Assembly (NCBI GenBank): GCA_963845755.1
Contig: CAWJTV010000011.1
Coordinates: 224,001 to 288,000, forward strand
Source of the DNA: an uncultured Planctomycetota bacterium
GTDB lineage: Bacteria; Planctomycetota; Planctomycetia; Isosphaerales; Isosphaeraceae
DNA: 64,000 nucleotides
Direction of reading: 5' to 3'
A model generated the notes under the pieces. It did not search any database and was not told where the DNA came from. It saw only the letters and a program-made list of their open reading frames with translations. Position 1 is the first letter of the stretch, and each line of letters begins with the position of its first letter. This document shows positions 11,433-20,400 of the stretch, one piece after another. Position numbers and translations under genes: made by a program.

Positions 11433-11735
11433 CAGGAGTCAAGCATCGGGATTCGGGGTCCGGGGACGTCGTTCGACGGACTTCGCTCTTCGTGAGTCAC
11501 GATGCCCGAGGAGATCAGACAGCGCCGAGGGCGATTGGGTTCGCCACGATCGGCGGAAAACCATCGTAAAGGATGGCCAGGGGCGGCCAGAAGGGGAAAA
11601 GGTCATCGAATTGAGTCGAATTGAGAGGACTGACATGCCTCACTTGACCGCCCGGCCAGGGACGAAGAGAATGATGGCGCCCGATATTCCGACAATCCGG
11701 CGATGCCACGACCCTGCTGCGTGGGAGAACCTGGT

Positions 11736-12113
11736 ATGCCTTCGACCAAGAAACCCGAAGCGAGACGAACGAAGTCCACAACCTCCCAGAAGGCCGGGGC
11801 TGGCCACGGGCAACCCCCGTCGGCCGAGCCAAGCCGGGTCGGCAAACGGGGCACCGTCGTGATCCCGGCGGCGCTCCGACGACGCTATGGTATCGAGGAA
11901 GGGACCTTGGTGATCGCCGAGCCCAGCAACGGTGGTGTCCTGATCCGGCCGGCCGTGGTCCTCCCGATCGAGATTTATACCCCCGAACGCAAAGCCCAGT
12001 TCCTCCTGTCCAATGCGATCGATGCCGCCGATTACACCCGCGCCGTGGCCGAGGTTCGCCGCTTGGGCCTGGACCCAGAGACGATCCCACACTACAAACC
12101 GCCCGGAATCTGA
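11736..12113 (+). CDS. AbrB/MazE/SpoVT-family DNA-binding protein (antitoxin-like)
   Basis: 'RVGKRGTVVIPAALRRRYGIEEGTLV...GGVLIRP' swapped-hairpin pattern. GGAG upstream of ATG 11736. Confidence 0.85.
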   Translation: MPSTKKPEARRTKSTTSQKAGAGHGQPPSAEPSRVGKRGTVVIPAALRRRYGIEEGTLVIAEPSNGGVLIRPAVVLPIEIYTPERKAQFLLSNAIDAADYTRAVAEVRRLGLDPETIPHYKPPGI

Positions 12114-12295
12114 CGCGTGAATATGGCTGGTCCCTCGCCGCGCCATCTCGAATCCACGCGGATTCTCGCCACCATATCGCAATTGTGCAAGGGCCGCTTG
12201 CACAAATCACCTGGAATGACAACGATCGCTGGGGGCGGTATGACTCCCCCGAGGAGAAATCTAGACCCAGAGGTTTCGGCCCTGTTGGAAGGCGA

Positions 12296-12832
12296 TCACA
12301 AATGTTCGACGGGCCGGCGGCAAGCGATACAGCACTTGCTCCGACCAATCTCAACCTCATCGATGACTATATCGTAAAGTGGATCTTTATACTTTTTCAT
12401 GTTCGCAAGATAAGCAGCGATAATCACTCCGCAGATCTGGCCTCCGAGAGCACCGAACCACGGCCGGCCGAGGTAAAAGCCCAGAATGAATCCAACAAAC
12501 GGACACACGAATAAGGCCCATACGACCACGCTTGGAGGTATGATCGCGACGTTCTTCCCCTCCTCGACTACGACTCGGCGAGATCGGGGTCCCATATGGG
12601 GAACCTCGACAATGCAGACATCGCAAAGCAGCTTGCCGTAGTAATCGCACCGCTTGTTCATGCACTGAAACTGTTCGTCGCGCGGCTGAACGCGCCGCCG
12701 ACACTTGAAGCAGAAGTAAATCCGGCACCTCGGGCAGCGATAGGCTTCCGGGTCCATGGAAACGCCGCACGCTGGGCACTTAGCAGTGTCCCCGGCTCGC
12801 CGGTACTGCCGTTGAAGACGGTCGTCCCTCAC
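12296..12832 (-). CDS. Cys-rich multi-zinc-finger membrane protein, unknown function
   Basis: GGAGG before GTG. Five N-terminal Cys pairs, two hydrophobic helices, C-terminal CCIAC. Confidence 0.75.
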   Translation of the reverse strand: MRDDRLQRQYRRAGDTAKCPACGVSMDPEAYRCPRCRIYFCFKCRRRVQPRDEQFQCMNKRCDYYGKLLCDVCIVEVPHMGPRSRRVVVEEGKNVAIIPPSVVVWALFVCPFVGFILGFYLGRPWFGALGGQICGVIIAAYLANMKKYKDPLYDIVIDEVEIGRSKCCIACRRPVEHL

Positions 12833-12867
12833 GGACGCCCTCCCAAATTGATTAAATACTTATTCAT

Positions 12868-13653
12868 TCAGTGTCCACCGAATTCCTGGCGGAGCTGCTG
12901 GAGCTGGCACTCCGCAAGATGCAGAAGATGTCCGAGCGAGATCAATCTCGACTCCTTCGAATTAAACTCGGGCTTCCTCATCGGCTCGACCCTGGCCAGC
13001 TCGTACAGGGTATGCGAGAGCTTCCGCCACTGCTTCATGAGATCGGAGTAGATCTGCACTTCGACGACCAACCCAGTCTTGAAATGGACGAGCCCGTGAT
13101 AGGCGAAGTACCCGGACTCCATCTTCATCTCCGGCTCGAAGCGGATCGACTCGATCGTTTCGTCGAATGCTTGACCGACCTGGGTTTCGTAGATGATGCC
13201 GGGCAGCGCATTCATGCGGGCCGCCAGGAATGCCGCGCTGTCGAGGGTCGTCGCCGAGATGTCGGTGCGTACCAGGTCGGTGATGTATTGTTGGATGTTG
13301 CCTAGATGGACCGGAGGCGCATCGCGATTCTTCCGCCAAAGCTTGTTGACCATCGACAATGCTGACTTGAACAACTGGCCATATTCAGCAGCGTCGGGCC
13401 TTGCCCTCAAGGCGTCCGACAACGCGACGTGGTAGTCCGTGGATGTCTTGGTCGCCTGTTGGTATTCGTTGCGGGAGTAGTTGACGGCATAGGTCAGCAC
13501 TTGCGCCAACACCGTCAGTTGCTCACGTGAACCATCGATAAGGTCAGCCCGAATTCTCTCCACCTTATCAAGGAGAGGGTCGTCGGCGGGGTACTGGGCT
13601 TTGTGCCAGCTTGCGTAGGTGTCCGGAGCAAACGGGTAGGGAGGGAATGACAT
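12868..13653 (-). CDS. Stand-alone RelA/SpoT-domain protein (small alarmone synthetase-like, divergent)
   Basis: Motifs in the expected order: 'KSALSMVNKLWRK', 'TDLVRTDI', 'SGYFAYH', 'VEVQIYS', 'WRKLSHTLYE'. GAGGT RBS before ATG 13653. Confidence 0.8.
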   Translation of the reverse strand: MSFPPYPFAPDTYASWHKAQYPADDPLLDKVERIRADLIDGSREQLTVLAQVLTYAVNYSRNEYQQATKTSTDYHVALSDALRARPDAAEYGQLFKSALSMVNKLWRKNRDAPPVHLGNIQQYITDLVRTDISATTLDSAAFLAARMNALPGIIYETQVGQAFDETIESIRFEPEMKMESGYFAYHGLVHFKTGLVVEVQIYSDLMKQWRKLSHTLYELARVEPMRKPEFNSKESRLISLGHLLHLAECQLQQLRQEFGGH

Positions 13654-13699
13654 CCGCACCTCTTTTGGTCAGCGATTCCTAAGGTCGCGACCCTCGGCA

Positions 13700-14071
13700 T
13701 CACGCAACCCGCTCTTCGAGCAACCCGTAAGACTCCGCCATCTCACGTGCGATGCCCTTCACCTCGATACTGCAGTAACTTCGCTGGAACGCGTCGAAGA
13801 GCCGTTGAGCTCGGTCGAAGTTGTCGTCGAACCCCGCCGCAGTCGAGTAGAGCATTCCGATTCCCGACACAACCATGATTTCCTGACCGACCCGACGATC
13901 CCCGCAATTCTGCTCGAACCAGACTTGCTCCGATGACAGCAGGTTCGCCAGACTTGCGACGTCCTTCGAATCAGGCTTCGACCAAATCTCGTTCCACCGC
14001 TCAACTGCAACGCGATAATAGTTACTGATATTCTGATCGCGGTTGATAAGCCGTTCGACCGTGTAATGCAT
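13700..14071 (-). CDS. Hypothetical 123-aa protein upstream of the RelA/SpoT-domain gene
   Basis: GGAGG then ATG (MHYTVERLINRDQ...). Protein-like composition; 46 bp from the next gene, same strand. Confidence 0.7.
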   Translation of the reverse strand: MHYTVERLINRDQNISNYYRVAVERWNEIWSKPDSKDVASLANLLSSEQVWFEQNCGDRRVGQEIMVVSGIGMLYSTAAGFDDNFDRAQRLFDAFQRSYCSIEVKGIAREMAESYGLLEERVA

Positions 14072-14282
14072 ACCTGCCTCCAAGGCTCTCACTCAAAAGA
14101 CAAAGAGCGCTCCCCTGCCATGGCCTAGGTGTTTTACTCACAAAAGTATCATACCGCGCTACATCCGAGATGCCTACTGCCATCTCGTATCCGGATTGCA
14201 TTTGCGTCGATACGCCCGGATGGTCGAGCATGAGGACCTTCGGTCCGGCCTTATGCGGGACCGCGAGGGCCGTCGCCAATCC

Positions 14283-16191
14283 TCAGGGATTCCACGCAAG
14301 CGTTTCCGGCGACGCGACGGCCACCGGCTCGACTGGGGCAGGCGGCTCAGGGTCCTGACTTGCACCTTCGGCGGAGTGCACCAGCTCGGCGAAGACGCCG
14401 CCCAGATGAACTAACTCGCTATAGGTGCCGGTCTCGACGATCCGGCCGTCGTCGAAGACGAGGATGCGATCGGCGTCGCGCAGGGTGGTCAATCGGTGGG
14501 CGACGAGGATGACGGTGCGATCGGCGCGGGCGGCGTCGATGGCCTTCTGGACCAACCGTTCGCTGGTGTTGTCCAGTGCCGAGGTGCCCTCGTCGAGGAT
14601 CAGGATCGGTGGATTCTTGAGGAAGATCCGGGCCAGGGCAATCCGTTGCCTCTGTCCGCCAGACAGGTTCTGGCCGCGCTCGGCGATCCGCGCCCGATAT
14701 CCGCCGGGCATCATCAGGATCTCTTCATGAATACAAGCCATCTCGGCGGCGCGGCGAATCTGATCGGCGGTGGCGCCGTCGCAGCCGTAGGCGATATTCT
14801 GCGCGACGGTCCCCGAGAAGACGAACGGATTCTGGCCGACGTACCCGACCAGCTCGCCGATGGCCCGTCGGGACACGCCATCGAGGGGGATCGCGCCTAA
14901 GGCGGCCTGTCCGCCGCAGGGATGCGCCAGCCGCATCAGGGTGCGGAGCCATGTCGTTTTGCCACAGCCGGAACGGCCCGCCACGCCGATCGTCTCGCCG
15001 TGCCGGATGGCGATCGACAGGCCATTGAGCGCGCGGCGAGCTGAACCGCCGGGAGCCGGGAACTGGACCTCCAGCCCTTCCGAGACGAACACGGGCTCGC
15101 CCAGGGTCAACCTCGGCGCGGTCGCGGAGTCCGGCGTCCGGAACGACCGGTCAATCGGTACGGTCAAGAGCCCGATCAGGTCGCCGACTCTCAGGCTACT
15201 CTCGTGTGCCTCGTCCATGAAGCGATGGACCTCGTTGAGCGGCGACATGACGTTCAGGAACAGCATCGAGAACATCGCGATCTCGCCCGGCCCGATCCGG
15301 CCGTAAACGAAGAGATACACGGCGAAGGCCAGGACCAGCACGTGGAAGAGCCCCTCGTTGATCGCCTTGCCGGCGCCGAAGAGGGACATCTCGAAGTGGT
15401 GCCTCAGCTCCTTCGAGCGCCGGCGCTCGGCCGCACGCGCCACCCGCCGCACTTCATGCCGGTGCGTATGCGCCGCCCGCACGTAGTCGATGCCCCCTAG
15501 CTGTTCGACGACGGTGCCGTCCATCACCTCGCGGGTCCGCAGCAGGTCGAGGCGAATCCCCTTCTGCGTGATGATCTGCCAGATCGTCAGGCCCAGCGAC
15601 AAGGGCGCCACGCCGAGCATCGCCAGCGCGATCCTCGGCTGCTGTGACACGGCCGCCACCAGCGCGAAGCCCCCCGTCAACAAGGCCGGCACGAACTCCA
15701 GGAAGGTCAGTCGCAGGAACCGCACGAATCCTTCCACGCTTCGATTGATGCGACCATACAACGCCCCGACATGATCCTGGGCCAGCACCGTCAGGTCCAC
15801 TTTCATCAGGTGAGCCACGACCCGCACATACATATCCTTGTCGATACGAGTACAGGTATTCTCGACCAGGTACCGCCGCAGGACATTCATGGATTCGCGG
15901 ACGAGGTAGGCGGTGGCGATGATCGCCAGATAGACGGAGGCGACCCGGATGAGGGCCGTCGGGGCTATCCCGGGGTGGGTCGCGGGGTTCACCGCATCCA
16001 CCAACCAGCCCAGACCCAGTGCGATCGCCGTAGCCGCCGCACTGCCCAGGCTCATCACCAGGAGCGCCCCAGCTCAGCGCAAGCCGGTGCCTCCAGGGAA
16101 CTAACCGCCAGACCTGGCGGCCGCGCCGCGCAATCGTGCCCAGCTCCCTCCCGATGCTCCGCAGCCTCTCCGACTTCGTCGGCCTCTTCAT
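14283..16191 (-). CDS. ABC exporter, fused TMD + ATPase (MsbA/ABCB type; frameshift near 16065)
   Basis: AGGAGA before ATG 16191 (MKRPTKSERL). TM helices, then GRSGCGKT, LSGGQRQR, ILDEGTS, VAHRL. Confidence 0.9.
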
Positions 16192-16359
16192 CAATCTCCT
16201 CGCATCCAGCCAAGCGACCGCCCATCTGGCCGAAAGCCCCCGACGATCGCGAAAAACCCAGAAAAACTCACTCCGACTGTTGGCGGAGCCCTGCGCTTTT
16301 TCCGTATCTATCTCTAGCCTCGAAGGATCTCTCACCCCCCTCGTTGCGGGTTTTGTCCC

Positions 16360-16408
16360 TTAAGCGAAGGGTTAAACGAGAGATTAACCAGTGTTTAACA
16401 ATAGTTAC
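16360..16408. promoter_or_regulatory. AT-rich tract with five TTAA/TTAC half-sites at 10-12 bp spacing; possible transcription-factor array
   Basis: TTAA at 16360, 16372, 16384, 16395 and TTAC at 16405, in an intergenic region. Confidence 0.4.
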
Positions 16409-16827
16409 AAGCCGATTGGCCCGCCGATTGCAGGATTCCTGGAGGTCAACGGGATTTGTCGGCCCAGGTGCCACTGGAGTGGCGCTTACCCTTGACAGAC
16501 GACACTTTGAAATACGAGCAATGGACCCTCCGACGAGAACTTCCGAAATCGGATTCCTTTCTCAATGGTTCGGGGTCACCGAGCGGCACACCAATTGCCC
16601 GGGATGATGGATTCTTGCCTATCTTGAAACGATGCGGGGCGATTCTCCGGATCGGTGGCCGATACGTTTGACCCATCAACGACCCAATTCTCCGAGAGGT
16701 CCGGAGCGGGAATTGAGAGGGGCCAGTCCCTCGGGAATCCCTCGGGATTTCGGACGAGTAAGTCCTTTACATTAAAGAGATCACCGTGACATCCAGAAGA
16801 GTCTCCGCCAGGGAGGATGCATCCCCG

Positions 16828-17106
16828 ATGGTGAAGCATGACACCGCGAGTATCCCCGTGGCCAATCCCCGGCCCCCGTCGGCGCCGGGAGGCGACCGCG
16901 TCGCTGTCGGACGGAACGAGCGAACCGGCTACCGCCTCGCAACCGAACCGTTGTCGCCGGCTCAACAGGAAGAAGTCCTCGTGGTCGACGACCGCGCCGC
17001 GCTGCGGCCTGCGCAGGTGGTCGAGAGCAAGTTGACACGGTTGCTCCAGGAGACCTCGCTACCCGTCAGCCACCTCCAGATGAGAGGACTCTTACGTGCT
17101 CGGTGA
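16828..17106 (+). CDS. Small hypothetical protein
   Basis: GGAGG upstream of ATG 16828 (MVKHDTAS...). No recognisable motif. Confidence 0.35.
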   Translation: MVKHDTASIPVANPRPPSAPGGDRVAVGRNERTGYRLATEPLSPAQQEEVLVVDDRAALRPAQVVESKLTRLLQETSLPVSHLQMRGLLRAR

Positions 17107-17415
17107 TGAGGGATCATCGGCTCCGCCCCGGGAAAGCTGAAGGCTGAAAACGCCTGCTCGACGACAGCCATCCCGGACTTCCGGAGCCAGGCCTGGGTTG
17201 GCGGTCATCGGCGTCCGGGTGCGTCGCGTCTATCTCAGCCCTCAGCCTTCCTGGGACAGAATCGTCCTCATTCGAATCGAGAATTCCCAGGAGTCGCGCA
17301 CGCCACGGTCCTCTGGTCTTGCCCGTATCCTGGGCACGAGAAGCCCGACAGAGCAGCAAAGTCCACTTCCGCTCGTGCGATTCGCTTTTACTATTTTACA
17401 ATTAATGACCCGTGA

Positions 17416-20400
17416 CTAATGCCCCATGACCAGGCGGACCTGATGGCTCCGACCGTCGTTGAACCAGGGGGATGACCGGCTCGGGCTGGGGCTGGTCGTC
17501 GACCCAGACCACCGGGGTCCCTGACTCGACGCCCTGGGGATTCTGGACGGCGATCCGGTAGGTCGCCGATCGGAAGCGATAGACGATCTCGAAGCCCGGC
17601 CAGTCGGGCGGGATACGGGGATCAATGACCAGGCGGTCGCCCTCCCGGCGCAGGCCCAGGGTGGCCTCGAGGAGAGTACGGTAGAGCCAGGAGGCGGAGC
17701 CGGTGTACCAGGTCCAGCCACCTCGTCCGACATGGGGTGGGCGGCTGTAGACGTCGCCAGCCACCACGTAGGGCTCGACCTTGTAGCGCTCGACCCCCTG
17801 CGGATCCTGGGCGTGGCGGATCGGGTTCAACAATTCGATCAGATCGACGGCGCGGCGGCCCTGGCCGAGCTGGGCAAACGCCCAGACAACCCAGGTGGCC
17901 GCGTGGGTGTACTGGCCGCCGTTCTCGCGGATGCCGGGCAGATAGCCCTTGATATAGCCGGGATCGAGCGGCTCGTTGTCGAACGGCGGGGCGAATAAGA
18001 GGATCAGCCGCCCCTGGCGATCGACCAGATGTTGGTCGACGGACTCTAACGCCTGGGCGACCCGCGACGGTTCGCCGGCGCCGGAAAGCACGGCCCACGA
18101 CTGGGCGATCGAGTCGATCTGGCAGGCGTCGTTTCGCGCGGAGCCGAGCGGCGTTCCATCGTCGAAGTACGCACGGCGGTACCAGTCGCCGTCCCAGGCG
18201 TGGGACTCGACGGCCAATCGAAGCGTCTCGGCCCGCTGCCGCAGGGCGGTCGCGCGTTCGGAGTCGCCGCGCGATTCGGCCAGCGCGGCGAACCGGCCCA
18301 GTCCGGCGATGGCAAACCAGGCCAGCCAGACGCTCTCGCCCTTCCCCTCGCTGCCAACGCGGTTCATGCCGTCGTTCCAGTCGCCGTGAAGCATCAGGGG
18401 CAAGCCGTGGGCACCGACGCCCCGTCGGGCGACACACTCGAAGGCCCGGACACAATGATCGTAGAGCGAAGCCGGCGGCTCGGCGACGGACGCCAGGCCG
18501 TAATCGTCCTCCTGGCCGGGCGGGAGGGGACGCGCCTGGAGATAGGGGATCGCCTGGTCGAGGATCGCGACGTCGCCGGTCGTCTCGACGTAGTGGCTCA
18601 CGACGAACGGCAGCCAGAGCGGGTCGTCGGCGATCCGAGTGCGGATGCCGCGCCCGATCGGCGGGTGCCACCAGTGCTGAACGTCGCCCTCGAGGAACTG
18701 GTGCGATGCTGCGCGAAGGATATGCTCGCGGGTATATTCGGGCGCGGCGTGGATCAGGGCCATGACATCCTGGAGCTGGTCTCGGAACCCGTACGCGCCG
18801 CCCGACTGGTAGAAGCCCGACCGGCCCCAGTACCGGCAGGCGAGTACCTGATAGAGCAGCCATCGGTTGACCAGCAGGTCCAGCGCGCGGTCGGGGGTGT
18901 GGACCTGCACGGCGCCGAGCAGTTCGTCCCAGCGGGCCTGGACGTCCCGGAGCGCCTGCACGGCGCGGCCCGGCTCGCGGTAGCGTCGGACCAGCTTGCG
19001 CACCGCGTCGATCTCCACCGCCTCGCCCAGCATGAAGAGGACCTCGACCTCGGCGCCCGGCTCGAGATCGAAGGAGACCTGGATCGCTGCGCAAGGGTCC
19101 AGCGCGGCGCCCGCGAGGGCGGTCAGCTCGATGCGGCCTAGCGCAGACGGCGCCGCGACGGAACCGTGTCGGCCGAGGAACGACAGGCGATCGGCGCTCA
19201 ACGACCGGGGCCGGCGGTCGACGTCGGCGAACGCCACGCGATCGGCGAAGTCGGGGCGGAAGGCGTTCCGCGCCAGCAGGGCGCCGGTCTCCTCGTCAAC
19301 CTCGGTGACCACGTGCATCGCGGCGGCATCACGAGTGAGGCCGAGGACCCACTCGGCATAGTAGACCGCCGACAGCCGACGCGGCCGATCGCCCGGGTTC
19401 TTGACGCACAGACGGATCAGCTTGATCGGGTCCTCGAGCGGGACGAACAGCGTGAGTTCGTGGGCCAGCCCGTGCGCGTTCCGCTCGAAGATGGTGTAGC
19501 CCTGACCGTGTCGGACCCGCGTCGGCTGGCCGGAGGGGACCGGCATCGGGGTCGGGGACCAGACCTCGCCGGTCTCCTCGTCGCGCAGGTAGACGACCTC
19601 GCTGGGTGGGTCGGAGACCGGGTCGTTGCTCCAGGTGGTGAGGCGGTTGGACTGGCTGTTGACGGCCCAGGTGAACCCCGAGCCGGCCTCGGAGACGACG
19701 AAGCCGAAGCGAGGATTGGCGATGACGTTGACCCACGGGGCAGGGGGGAGCTGGGGATGCGCCGGGGCCGGGTGGTGGGCCACGGGTCCGTTGCGGCCGA
19801 TGTTCGGCGGGGGCGGGCCCTGCACCAGCACGCAGTATTCCCGGCCGTCGGCGGTGAAGCCGCCCAGGCCGTTGAAGAAGAGGAGGTCCGCGGGGAGCTC
19901 GACCGGCTCGTCGGGCCAGGCGGCGGGCTCGCGGGTGGGCGCGAGTCGGGCGGGCAGGGGAACGTCGCGCTCGGTGCGGTCGAGCTGGCTACCCAGCGAG
20001 CCGCGATCGCCAACCAGGACGGCGCGGGCGGCAGCCAGGAGCAACATCCGCTCGTCCTCGCTCATCTGCGACGCCTTGCGCACGAAGACGCCGCCGGGCT
20101 GGTCAACCCGCTCGAGGCTGCCCGCGGACCGGACGGTTTCCAGGAGCTGCCGGTTCAACTCGTCGAGATAGCTGCCCGACTCCTCGTCGAGCAACACCAG
20201 GTCGAACTCCAACCCGCGGAGGCGGAGATAGGCGTGCGCGGCCAGGAGCTGGCGGGCCAGCGGGATCTGGTCGGCGGTGGCGAGCCGGGCCAGGACGATC
20301 GGCCGGTCGCCCGAGACGCCGAACCGCCACAGGCCGGGCTGGCCCAGTTGGTTGCCGGCCAGCACCGCGGGCTCGGCCCGCAGGGCGCCGCTGGCGAACA

